Source: Lama glama (Eukaryota). Taken from it: a stretch of 64,000 nucleotides of DNA. Below the pieces are notes generated by a model. That model was not told the DNA's origin. It saw only the letters and a list, made by a program, of their open reading frames with translations, and did no database searches. How positions within the stretch are numbered: position 1 is the first letter of the stretch; every line of letters begins with the position of its first letter. Where the stretch lies: contig CM052817.1 of NCBI GenBank assembly GCA_028534125.1, positions 7,814,001 through 7,878,000 of the forward strand, in the 5' to 3' direction. Below are positions 1 to 12,265 of the stretch, one piece after another. The translations under genes were made by a program, and so were the position numbers.

Positions 1-289
1 TAACTGGCACAGGAAACAAACCACAGTCATTTTACTAGACAGCAGTACTTGTGCCAATTTTGCATAAATCACCTCTTAAGAGTCAAAACAAAACTGAAAG
101 TAAGGTATGTATTTTTCCCCACACTTCTCAGAAGGAGCTGAGGCTTCAGGAGATCAAGTGGCTTTTCCAGCTCTACGCTGTCTAGTCTAGTCTTGCTACT
201 TGCCATACAGCAGGTGCACTTTCCATTAGGCTATAATGCCCTTTTCATCAATTAAACGAATAGTTACTGAGTTCCATAGTAGAGACAGT

Positions 290-670
290 CACATTCACCA
301 AATATTGAGTCTTCTCCCTATATTTTCCATCCTCTTTGCACAGTTAGGTGTAACCATGAAGCTGGTTACGCCCAATAAATCATGAGTGGAAGTTACATGT
401 ATCAGTTCCACATTGGGACCATGAAACGGCTACGCATAAATCTTGAGTCTCTCTCTTTCTTCCACTGACATGGCACTGAGGAGGTTATGAACTCTAGATC
501 ATACAGCTAGGAGATGCACAAGCCTACTTCATCCTGAGTCCCTAAGTGACTATGTGGAGAAGTGCCTAATGACACATTAACAAAAGTGAGACATAAACTA
601 TTCTGTTAAGTCACTGAAATTTGGGTCGTTTGTTACTCAGCATTTCCTAGTCTCTCTCCTGACTAATATA
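290..670 (+). mobile_element. Old MaLR solo LTR (MLT1I/J-like)
   Basis: Typical MLT1 3' end 'tgttaagtcactgaaatttgggtcgtttgttactcagcat...cctgactaatata' and internal 'gagtccctaagtgactatgtggag'. Confidence 0.7.
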
Positions 671-1045
671 TGTGCTAACTTTATGCCAACCTTTTTGTTT
701 GTGCAGAAAGCACAATGGTAAACAATATCCCCTCCTACTCTTGGAGTTTCAGTTGACACCATATAGTAATTTCCTACAGCACTGGGTAGATAAGGAAGAA
801 ATTATTTTGCAGGGAGTGAAAGGAATAATAAGACAGTTTAGCTGTCTTGAAGAACAAGTGGAACTTTGTTAGCAGACAAGGGACAGAGGTGAATTTTCTG
901 GAAGAGAAATGGAACTGCAAATGCATGGAGATTTGCAAAGTCAGGTGGTGAGAAGCTGAAACATCCCGCCATTGAAGGGAATCTGAAAGTATATCAAGCT
1001 CTTAAATGATGGGGTCTAGATTACCCAATTGGGACCAGAGGGGAA

Positions 1046-1105
1046 AATGAAATGAAATGAAATGAAATAAAATAAAATAAAATAAAATAAAGTAAAGTAA
1101 AATGA
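1046..1105. repeat. Compound pentanucleotide microsatellite (AAATG)n(AAAAT)n(AAAGT)n
   Basis: Directly visible tandem 5-mers. Confidence 0.95.
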
Positions 1106-1299
1106 AAAAAGAAGCTATTAAAGAACTGAATCGATTCTATTACAGAACCAAAGACTTCAGTGTTATCACATGGAAACCTAGAAATTGAAAGTGGGATTTG
1201 AGTGTGTTGAACTACACAAGCTGCTTCGAGGGTTTGCTGTTAGCAGTAGCAGAATAGTGGCGGCAGTGGTGGCTTTCTCCATAGAAGCAGCAGCAGTAA

Positions 1300-1790
1300 C
1301 AGCACTGACCGTGTGCCTGCATGTCATAAAAGACTTTCGTGCATTATTATTGTTTGTTCATTTAACAAGCTACGGGTCAAGCATCATTGCAATCACTTTC
1401 AAAATTATTGTGATTCAATTTTCTTAAAAACCCTAAAAGGAAGGTATTATTATTATTTTTTTAAATTTTTGTTTCACTTTTGCAGATAAAAGAAAGTAGG
1501 ACACAGAGAGGTTAAGTAACTTACCCAGGGTCACATGGCTAGAAAGTAGCAGAGCTGGTCCCAGGCAGTTTAACTTTAGACCTCATGCTTTCCTGAGCGT
1601 GTTGCTTTATGATTTCATTAAATCCTCACCATCAACCTGAGACAGGCATATTACAGTTGTTGTTATTATTATTCCCCCATTTTACAGATGAACAAATGTG
1701 TTCAAAGAGCACTGTCTTTGCTAGCATCCTATAACTAGTTTCTGTCAGAACCCAACCGCAAGACAGACCTACAGATTCCAGGGCCCATGC
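1300..1790 (-). mobile_element. Two adjacent MIR SINE fragments
   Basis: MIR core 'acagagaggttaagtaacttacccagggtcacatggctag' and 'cccccattttacagatgaa'. Confidence 0.8.
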
Positions 1791-4109
1791 CCTTAGGTGG
1801 CCCTCTAAGTGAGTGTTCAGCCTTTCAGGGTTTTGACCAAGTCACACAAACCCATGGGTGCCTAAATCTACTTCCAAAAGACTTGGCTTACTGAGGTGAG
1901 AATTTCAGTTGATAAAAATCCATGAATCAACAAAAGCCACTGAATATCTATAACTCATAAAACATAAATGAGATGAATATCAGGCCATACAATAAACTGT
2001 CCCTGACTCAAGGATCTCACACTCAGCTGGAAGCAAGGCATACTCTCTCACAGCAAAACCACCACACACGTAATATGGAGCAGTGGATGACAGATGGGGA
2101 AGAATTACAGAAATGTCGGAAAGGGCTCCAGGATGAGAACGAGGAGGATGAATGGGGCACTGGTTAAGGAGACGGATTTTAATGGATGGAGAAGAGACCA
2201 TGGGTCACTAAGGCTCTGAGTCCAGGGCAGAGGATGAAGAGGGCAGGCTTGTTTGAAGCAGCAGGACACAGGTGATAGGATGGGTGCGGGTCGGTATGGA
2301 CAACCCAGAATTCCAAGTTAATGTCACTCTGCTCTGTGACAAGTCAATCTATTAAAGAGATACAGGCTTGATCCAATGGGACTTGGTGCAGACCCCAGTG
2401 TGAGGTCACAGCCTGGTCTACAGCCTCGTGGAAACACTGCCTAGACGGAGAATCTCTATATTGTGTCAGTTATTCTGCCATCAGAATAGCTCATCTGTGA
2501 GCCAGCAACACCCAGGCCTTAAGGAGTGAGGGAGAAACAAACATCATTTTGGCAATAGGGGGAGAGAAGGGAACAGAGAGAAAGAAAGACCTTAGAACTG
2601 AGATAAAGCCCAGGTTATATCTGCTCATGATCAACCCAACCAAAATTTAACCTTAAAAGAAAGTTGCTCTCGAAATGCAAGTTAGTATTATTGAATTGCT
2701 CCATTACCATCAGGACTTTTTCATTTTTAAGCACATGGGTGGCTGCCTCCACACTGAACTATTCACAGCCTGGGAAAACACCCCCAAAATCATTTTTCAG
2801 GGCATCTGTGCCCTCACAAAGGCCACGATGTTTTAATTGAGTTGGACTGAATTTCTATGGATGGAGCAGAAATAGTGCATTTTCAAGAACAAAAAATCCT
2901 ATAAGTTTGTAGGAGGGGCATATCTTTTTTGGCACAAATAGGCAGAAGGCACCTGCATTTGCCTGCAGCAGGCATTCTTACCTGGAACAAGACCAGGACT
3001 AGCAAAAGTGCATGCTGTTTCTTTCTGACTCCCTCAGAGGACCTTGGAGGAAATGTGTCTGGAAAAGTCCTGCTGGATAGGAGACATGCAGGGAGGTTTG
3101 CCAGATGGGGGGCCTCCAGGAGAAGCCAGCAGATGCTGGTCCAGCCTCACTGAGTCCTCGGTTTCCTGGTCAGCTTCTCAGTGCTATCTACACACTTCAC
3201 TCCTGGTCATTTGTGTCTGCTGAATCCATCCACTCTCCAGGAGCTGGACACACAGAAGGGTCAATGCAAGAAGAATCAAAGAGCAGTGGGCTTTTGCCGT
3301 CATACAAAGGCTCCTGGAGACCTCTGCCGGCTGACCCCATCACAGTACCTTAGGGCAGAGAGGGAGATGGGCTGTGAGGAGACGAGAATTCTGGCTTGGC
3401 TTCTCCACTCCTGGTCTGTGGATCCTGGAGTAACTCATTTCACCTTTTTACACCTCGGTTTCTTCCGCTGTGTGACATCGAAGGCTCTTCCCAGCTCTGA
3501 ACTCCTGTTTTGGGAGCCCTCTGTGGGCATTCAGGTCTCCCTACAATAAGATCACAATCTACCTGCCCCTGCTCTAACATCATACAGATGTGCCTCCCCT
3601 CCCCAACCCCATACCTTCGTTTGTTACCCTGACTCTTTTTGCCACAAACTCACACTGGACTTTTCACCTTGGGAGCAAGTTCCCCTCTGTCTCCCTAAAG
3701 CCAACTTTCTCCTCAAGTCTTCTGCTGGCCAGGCATCAGTAGCTGGGGGCCAGCAGGGAGGGGAAGATTCTACTAGGCCCAGAGACTCTTAAGTGTGGTC
3801 TTACACAGTGCTGTACCCCCGGTGCCCGGGAACAAACTCGGCACATTGTATTTATGAAGTCATACGGAGATCCCCTCTCTAGGGCTTTTATGCATGTCAG
3901 GTCTTAGACATGCCTGAGGGTGTCTAATGAAAGCCAGGGAAGGGCCTCTTCCCACAAAGATACCCATGCAGAACTGGCGAGGCCAGCTAGGCGGGCCCAA
4001 ACGATGATGCACAAAGAGCACAGCTGACTGTTATGGGGTTCAGACCATTCCCATCACCAGAAATCCAGAGATTTAAAACTTCAAGTGAGTGCAGAGCTAG
4101 ATAAGGTGG

Positions 4110-4636
4110 AGTCTGTATCTGCTGCATTTCTATCCTGCTTCCTTTTTGGGGGAAACTGTCCTTTCCTGCTCAATGTGATCCTAACAGAGCTGTCAATCAC
4201 ACGACTTCACCTTTCCAGCTGCAGGAGGCAGAGCCATGATTGGCCAAGACTGGGAACAATGACAAATCTGGGAGCACCTAAGATGGGCCAATTAGAATAA
4301 TTTTAGAAGACTGACATAGATGCTGGGAAGAGACACATGCAGTTTACTCTCTGGAATTGCTAGCAGCTGAAACGTTACAGGCTCACAGCGATCAGAAATG
4401 ATCTTTGCCACCTTGGGGAAAAGAGTGAATCCAAACACGAGGTTAACATAGAAAAATCAGAGCCAAGAAGCAGAGGGACAGAGTCTTTCTGATTTAATCT
4501 GCATCCTTCAATGCAGCCATGATGTCTGTTTTCTAAGTCTTCAATTTCCTATCACTGTCTTCCTCATTGTTACTATTTGTTTAAGTTAATTTGAATGGTT
4601 TCTGTCACTTGCAACCCAGAGAGCCCTGCCTGATGT
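4110..4636 (+). mobile_element. Ancient ERVL-class solo LTR (LTR33-like)
   Basis: Terminal motif 'tttgtttaagttaatttgaatggtttctgtcacttgcaacccagagagccctgcctgat'. Confidence 0.6.
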
Positions 4637-4994
4637 AAGAGTGCTAACCCACACTGGCAGAGAGCCCTGGTCTGGAAGGGCTGGGATCCTAACAAGGGAA
4701 CTGCAGAGAAACTAATCCAAGGGGGAAAAAAAAAACAAACAGGCAGAAGTCTGGTGAGACAAAATGACCCAACCAGAAGGGAAAGAGGGGCTGCAACGCA
4801 GAGGTGCCAGCTGTCAGACTCCTGCTCTGCCACAGCAGGTGGGCTGGAGGGGAGACAGGGCAGAGGGCACCTGGCAGCCGTGGTGCAGCCCGCAGGTCTC
4901 CCCCGACAGGAAAAGCAGCTGCCACTCACTGACAGGACTGGCCCTGGGGCTTTTCATGCACGCTCTCATTTAATCACTGCCATGAAACTTTACA

Positions 4995-5455
4995 GTATTT
5001 TATATACATAAATTACATACATAATACATATAAATACTTTGAAGTATTTTACATATATATATAAATTACATATATATATCTGTGCTCTTTGGACATGGTT
5101 TGGGCCCACCTAGCTGGCCTCACCAGTTCTGCATGGGTATCTTTGTGGAAAGAGGCTCTTTCATTAGACCCTCAAGCATGTCCAGCACCCGACATATTTT
5201 AATATATGCATATATTTACATGTGTATAAGTTAAATATATAATTACATATATACATATGTATCTAGATATATCTCCATTGTGATGTGTCTCTATCATGTG
5301 TACATGTATAAATTATACATGTGTATATATTGTGATGTATATATATACACATACCATATGTGATATGTATCTCAATAGATACATATACTTTATATCATGT
5401 ATATCACATATGATATGTATCATATCATATATACATATATGGATGTATGTATATC
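4995..5455. repeat. Degenerate (TA)n/(TACA)n low-complexity tract splitting a MIR, with a ~120 bp non-AT insert at 5076-5195
   Basis: Visible AT dinucleotide runs; MIR-like sequence at ~4950-4990 and ~5455-5560. Confidence 0.85.
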
Positions 5456-6379
5456 TCCATCACAATGGAAGAAAGAGAGGTTTGAGAACAGTAAAGTAGC
5501 AGAGTTGTGGTGCAAGGATTGAGGTCCTACTAGGTCTGACTGCTGAGCCAACACCTTTCATTTCCCTTGAGCCTCAGGGCCTAGAGGGGGAGGTGACAGG
5601 TTGAAGGTCATTGGCTGGAGCTGAGGCCAAGGGCCTCTTCAGATGGAGCTCTTGAACAGACTCAGCTCTGAAGCACCCTGGACCAAAGAGCTGGGGAGAG
5701 CAGGGCTGGGGCTAGTGGCTACTGCATTGCTGTGTCCCTCCCGCCCACTCTCTGCCACCCCAGGCCAGCCTGAGGGACACAACAGCAACACGGATGCTGT
5801 CCTCAGAAAGCTCAGAACCTAGTCTGTTTGGTCATCAAGCACGAAAAATCTTTTATTTTTCAAACTGTTGTCTTGAATAATTTCTTAATTTTTTAATTAT
5901 CTATCTGATATAGAGGGGGGTTTTGCCACTAACTCTATGATCCTACCTACCTCATTATGCCAACAAATTATGACCACCTGGAGGGCTGGAGCCCTGTGTC
6001 AGCCCACCATGGTGTTCCCCACAGGGCACTGCTGTGCTTGGGAGGCATTCAATAAATAGTCTTTTGAGAGTAAATACCACACAACAAGGTGCTAGGGTTT
6101 TTTTTTTTTTCCCCCTTCTATTGTAAAAAATAAGGCAGGAGAAAGTCATTTATTGTACTAAATTATTTGTAGCAGCGAATTTTACTCTAAAGAAATCAGC
6201 AAACTCCTATTACTCTAGGCCTATGTCCAGGTCTTTAAAATATTTTTGTTATAATCATATTTTTAACCATATTTTCTATAATAAGATTTGACCTTCATTT
6301 TTTCTTTTACCACAATTCAAGTCAACCAATTATGGGGCTAGAAGGAACCAATCAAAAGAACTTTAGAAATTGAGACCAT

Positions 6380-6626
6380 ATACTCTAAAACTGCACTCTT
6401 AGGAGATGTAACAGATGCTACACACAGACAGTGGGGAAAGTGGGCAAACTCAGAAAAACTCCCTTGGTGATTCACAAGGTGCCTTGACATATGAAAGATT
6501 TTGAGAAGTCCTGAAGAAACTGAACTAACTTTGATCATTCAGTATTTCTCCATTTGAGCGAAACATCAGTGAACACACAGATGAATCAACTCTTGCAGAT
6601 GGAACACTAGTTTGGGAAACTCTGAT
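6380..6626. mobile_element. Old hAT-Charlie-type DNA transposon remnant
   Basis: End 'ggaacactagtttgggaaactctg' resembles the Charlie/MER5-group terminus. Confidence 0.45.
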
Positions 6627-6784
6627 CTAGTGTATCCCCTCATTAGAGTGACAGGGAAATGGAGACAATGAGGGATAGATAGAGCAACACACACGATCTT
6701 TGGAATGACATGACCTGACGCTGGACTCCAGCTCTACTGCATGAAAGCTGCTACATGATGCAGGCAAATAAAAAAGAGTCCTCT

Positions 6785-6875
6785 TTCAACAAGAATTTTT
6801 TGAGCACTTACTAAGTGGTAGGCACTGTTCTGATCACTTAGGATACATCAGTAGACATAAAAAGACCAAAATCTC
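6785..6875 (-). mobile_element. L2 LINE 3' end
   Basis: 'caacaagaattttttgagcacttactaagtggtaggcactgttct' is the reverse complement of the L2 tail. Confidence 0.75.
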
Positions 6876-7559
6876 TAACATAAATTAGGGATACAAATAC
6901 CTACATCTTATTGTTAAAAGGAGGGTTATATGGGGAGATAGTTTTGAAATATCTGTCCTGTTGTTAGCTCTGAATAATAGACCAACCAACCAAACAAAAA
7001 GTCTTGATGTTTTTCAAAGCTCCAGATTTTCATGGTGCCACAGTTTCTCCCTGGTTTACTGTCCCGTCCCCCAGACTCTTCCTACCAAAAGCTGAAAATC
7101 ATTGCACTAGTACTCACTTATTAAGGATAAAGGTTTATTACATTTCTTAACGAGCCAAGAGGAAGGTATACTGATGGAAAAACTTGATTGAAATAATGAT
7201 CTTCAACGAGAAAGACTGAAGTTACAGGTTCGAGAGGCAAAAGGAAAGAGTTTGGAAAAGTAACTGTGACGTTTAGAAAGATGTAGAAGACACTGACACT
7301 CTTCACACTGGACTGTTTTTCTGAACTCCAATACTGAATTTTCAGCTAACTCTTAAACATCTCCACCTGAGCTCCTCAAGGCTCCTCTACGACTCTCAAG
7401 TCTGAAGCCAGTTCTGTTACCGGGTGCGTTAATGAAACATTACCATGATGAAACCATTTGCTCCAGAAAACTCAGTCTGCTCTGCAGTTTTCCTCTTTTG
7501 CCCCTTTCTTTCTTGCTTTTTCTTGCTGCTTGCACTAACAGTAAGGCAAAGGAGAACTA

Positions 7560-8718
7560 AAATCCATGGCATGTGAGCCATTTTGGGAAACATCTTAGTA
7601 GCTCCTCAGAATGTTAAACACAGAGTTAACATACATGGAAATAAAGGAAGACCAAGCAAATGGGAAAAGCAAAGGCAGTTTATTCAGAACTCCCTATAAC
7701 AAGGGAGTCAGGCACCATCGTTGCCTTTTGACAGAGACTCAAAGGCAGGCAGAGGAGTGGAAAAGCTTTATAGCAGAAAAAGAACGTGCCCTGGTTGGAA
7801 GCTGTTGGCCTGGGGAAGCTGGACACAAGATAACTAAAAGCCTAGCATCCTGTGTGATTAGTTGGCAGGTGGACATACATGGCTTTCTCCGGTTGGGTCT
7901 ACTTTGTAAGCCAAGACAAAAATTGGGGAAGTTGTTAGTTATTAATCAAGTCCTGGTAGTTTGGGGTTGATTATTGTAGAAATTATTATTTAGCTTCCTG
8001 GATTGTTGCTAAAGATAGCAATCTGACTCCTTACAGACCTGATTTAGAGCAGGCTGACTTTCTGAGCTGTTTATTATAGGTAAGAAGTTTGGTTTCCTGG
8101 GCAGGTTGCCATAGGTTATGGGTCTGTTTTGATATATGTTCTGACCACTTTCTGTTTGTGTATTCAGTCCTTTACATATGACTCTGCAATTCTATTCCTA
8201 GGCATTTGCCCAAGAGAAAGTAAAACGTAAGTCCACAGAAAAACACTTATATAAATATTTATAGTAGCATCATTCACAACAGCAAGATTTTTAAAAACTG
8301 AATGCCATCAACTGATGAACAGATAAACAAAACGTGGTATATCTATTAAACTGAATATTATTCAGCAAGGACATCTACACCAGGGATGCACTTAGAAAAG
8401 ATGCTAAGTGAAAGAAGCCCTACACAAAAGGCTACGTACTGTATGATTTCATTCATGTTAAATGTCCAGACTAGGCGAGTCCAGAGAAATGGAAAATAGA
8501 TTGGTGGTTGCCAGGGGCTGGGGGGGAGGAGACTGGAGAGTGACTGCAGATGGACGTGGGCTTTCTGTTGGGTGTGATGAAACTTCTCTGAAGTTGGACA
8601 ATGGTGATGGTTGCACAACTTGGTGGACAGAGTGAAAACCACTGAATTACACACTTTAAAAGGGTGAATTTTATGGCTTATGAGTCTATCTCAATAAAAC
8701 TGTTATCTTAAAAAAAAT
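7560..8718 (+). mobile_element. L1MB-type LINE-1 3' region, interrupted by an LTR at 7636-8176
   Basis: 'gctcctcagaatgttaaacacagagttaacata' joins 'tatgactctgcaattctattcctagg'; 3' end 'actgaattacacactttaaaagggtgaattttatgg...ctcaataaaactgtt' plus A tail. Confidence 0.9.
7636..8176 (-). mobile_element. ERV1-class solo LTR (MER89/MER90-like)
   Basis: TG...CA termini, 541 bp, cleanly splits an L1; 4-bp flanks TACA/TATG. Confidence 0.75.
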
Positions 8719-9659
8719 CTGTGACATGTATACATACTCCTGAGCTCCCAAAGTGCTTTCATTAATTTTGTCGAGGTAGAGTGTTTAAATCCAATAAGCC
8801 CACTGCCTTCCCCACACTTGCCTTAAAAGCAGACTAGTTGCAGGAATTATTGGTTGCATTTCAGAACCTGACTTTTTTCCCGTAGTCCTAGAAATCACTC
8901 ACATATTTATCACAAAGAAATAAAGGCACAGAAAATCATCTTAAACAACAACACAGGAATTTGAAAAAAGAAAGGGTTCGGTTATAAACCGTGATCATTT
9001 ATCAAGAATGAGGGCAAATCTTGAAATTTCCTAAATAAAATAATGGCCCTATTAGTGACACAGAGATAAAAGGAGGAGGTCAGAGGCAACACCAACAATC
9101 TCCAAATCTGAGATTAGTGTTAGAAGCACGTGTGTGTAAAATTGCCGTAAACTTCAAATTAATTCCACACCATTAAGTTTCCAAGTACTCTAAGCCACAG
9201 TGACTCAAAGAGACAGACTTTTGTTGGCAGCTGAGCCAGCTGGACCCAATTACCTGCTTCATTTTTTATTTTTATTTTTTTTTAGCCACCAATATTTTCT
9301 TTCAGAAAAATAAAAGAACAGAGGGAGAATTTTGATCAGTTATCTTAAGAAGCCTTTTTTTTTCACCTAAGAAGTTGCCATTCTGGCTCTACATTCCTTG
9401 GCAGTATTTGGGAGATGGAGGAGAAGCTATGCCAATCAGAATTATGGGGAGGGGAGTGGGGGTGTCAATTAAGGTTAAGTGCACAATCCCTCTCCTTCCA
9501 GGAGCTTATGGGCAAAGACAGGGAAAACAGGAACGAAGATATACAAGAGCAAAAACAAAACAGAGTATCTCCAATATGCTAAATAATAGTAAAGGCGCTG
9601 TGTAGTAATACATTTAACATATTATAACTATTACTTACATAATTATAGGTGATTGTGAT

Positions 9660-9850
9660 GACTATTATAGTAACAGCCCCTACACTGCGTGAGGACTCAC
9701 TGTGTCCCCGGCGCTGTTCTCAGCACTTCCTGCAAGCTCATTCATTTAGCCTGTCTAGCAGACATCTTGTCACTCTCACTGTGCAGATAAGGACATCAGG
9801 GCACAGTGAGTTTATTTAACTGGCCAAGTCACAGAATTGGGAAGGATTTC
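9660..9850 (-). mobile_element. MIR SINE
   Basis: 'gaggactcactgtgtccccggcgctgttctcagcacttcc...gcagataaggacatcagggcacagtgag'. Confidence 0.7.
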
Positions 9851-10409
9851 CCAATATCTGCAGCAGTTGTCAAAACTCATTTCCGTTTGCCTTGCTTGAG
9901 ACATTAATCTATAGACATTAATTGCATTGGGCTTTTCAGTTCAAAAGGCAAAGTCTTTTGCAATTTAGAAGTGGTTTCTCTAATTAGTGGGTATTTAATC
10001 AGGAATGTCTGAAGGTCTAGAAACTGCAAAAAAAAAAATCTAATCAGATTGATGAGGCAAACATGTACCTAGCAGGGTGTTTATATAACGCTCATCCATT
10101 CATCACTTTAGTAGACAGCTCTGGTGCTTCTATAATGTACTACCAAAGGAAACAGGCAGAAAATATCATGAGGAACATGACAGAATACTGGGGGAGATGA
10201 GCTTTTAAATAGATACTCTCAAAATGTTAAATTTTTTTTAAAAACTAACACTTGACACAAACATATATATAAGTATTTTAACATAGGTTTATTATACATT
10301 AAGTAATTTAAAATAAGGGGAACCCCAAATGCTTCTTAATTATTTGCTTAGTATCACCAGAACACATTGCAAATTTTAGAATGAAGGGTACACGTTTTAG
10401 AATGAACTA

Positions 10410-10580
10410 ACACTTTGTGCTAGAACCTGTTCCAAGCACATTTCAGTTCACTTCACCCTCAAAACAACCCTATGAATGAGGTCCTATGATCATCTTCATT
10501 TTATAAGAGAACAAACTTAGGCACAGAGAGGTTAAGTAGCCTGCCCAAGGTCACAAAGCTAGTTAACAATAGAGTTAGCA
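10410..10580 (-). mobile_element. MIR SINE
   Basis: 'aacaaccctatgaa...ggcacagagaggttaagtagcctgcccaaggtcaca'. Confidence 0.85.
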
Positions 10581-11689
10581 CTCTCTGCCCAATTTAATGT
10601 GATACAATGTGTTACCATAGAATGTCGCACAGATTAGCAAAAGGTGCAGAAAAGAGGCACCTAACGTCTCCCAAAAGCAGTCAGAAAGGACCTCCAAGAG
10701 GAGGCAACTTCTTGATGGAAAAGTGATGTCTCAGATGCTTTTAAACAGGTCCCTCAAAGGAAAAACAGATCAAGGCGAAATCAGATCATGATATTCACAA
10801 ATGCAGGACCTGAAGCCAGCCAATCCAGTATCTCTCCGTCGTCTCACCTTAATTAGAGAGAATTTGGGTGAAACTGTAATCTGTCGTCTCACGTGACGTT
10901 TTTATCGCCTGCTTAACATTTCAAATGAAACATTTTATTGCATCTGATGTTAGTTGAACACTTAACATGTACTCGTCACGGTTACAATTCTCAATGTGTT
11001 CTGACTGTATTAAGCAAATATTTAAGAAACATTTGGGCTGTTTTTCCATTTTTAAGTATTTAATCTGTAATAAACATATAGCATGTTAAAAATACTTTTC
11101 ATGTATGGTATGTGTTAAGTGTTAAGAATATATTTTTGAACTGCCTTATTTAAGCCTGTCAGACTTTCCATTACAACCCCCTAATTTAAGGGGTTTTTAA
11201 ACTAGCCATAAAAATCTTTTCATGCTGATATTTTGGGTAAAATATCTCTCCTTCCAGAAGAGTTTTTTAGTTGTGGTGGCTTGTTTTTCAGTATTAATGC
11301 AGTTAAAGAAAAACTGACTTTGTAAAATTGAACATAAAACAAAGACTTTTCTCATAGGATATTAGCAGGATCTTCTCTATGCTTTTTAAATAATTCATAT
11401 GTTGGACATACCTCATTAAAAAAAAGTCATAGACCTTACCTCAAAATTTATGAGAAAATAAAACATGGCTAGATGAGTACTATCCATGTATCTGCAGACT
11501 GTATCACAATTCATAATCAAGGATATAACATAAGGCTGTGGACAGTTCCCCTACAGTCCCAGAAAACTTCGTAAGCATGTAGTAATGCAGCTACTTTAGT
11601 TTGGCAAATTGCAGTTTCTGGGTAAATGCCACATCCCTTCTCTCACCTGCCCTTCAGGATGCTGGGAAGTAGGACGGCTCTTGTCATAA

Positions 11690-11830
11690 TTACTATTTTC
11701 TTACAGAGAGGCAAGCAAAGTTCTGGGAGAGGTTAAGTGATTTGTCCAAAGTCACACATTTGTCCAAAGTTATTCGTGAAACTGGAGTTTGAATTCAGAT
11801 TCCTTTGCTTACTCCATGCTACTCTGGCCC
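11690..11830 (-). mobile_element. MIR SINE fragment
   Basis: 'gagaggttaagtgatttgtccaaagtcacac...ggagtttgaattcag'. Confidence 0.75.
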
Positions 11831-12109
11831 ACACGTTACAAAACACAGAGCCCTATGTGGCTGGTGTTTCCATCTGAATATTGTTTTAGCCTGGTAAAAA
11901 TCTTAAGTAAGTAAAATTCAACTTACTGATACAGCTAAATATTTTTTTTCCAGTGTTACTTTCCATGTTTAGAGTCAAGGTCACATCAAGAAACACACTC
12001 AAGAAAATTTTCTTCCCTTCGTTCAAGACATCTAGCCCATGACCTAACATAGGAGGCTTCCTTCACATCGCGCCGCAACATCTTCCCCAACTCCACCCAC
12101 AGGCGGTCT

Positions 12110-12265
12110 TCAGAGTCCATGTGTCATCTCACCCACTTAGATTATAGATTCTCTGAAAGCCAGGGCTTGTCCTATTGGTCCTTATGACATCCTCTCTCCT
12201 GTCCTTACCTACCCAGTGCATAGCACAGTGCCTGGCATGTTACAGGGGTGTGTTAAATGTTTGCC
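12110..12265 (+). mobile_element. L2 LINE 3' end
   Basis: 'cccagtgcatagcacagtgcctggcatgttacaggggtgtgttaaatgtttg'. Confidence 0.8.

Noticed and set aside
2975..3070. Minus-strand splice donor CAG/GTAAG (similar motif near 11435)
   Set aside because: No convincing acceptor; a few such 7-mers per strand are expected by chance in 64 kb.
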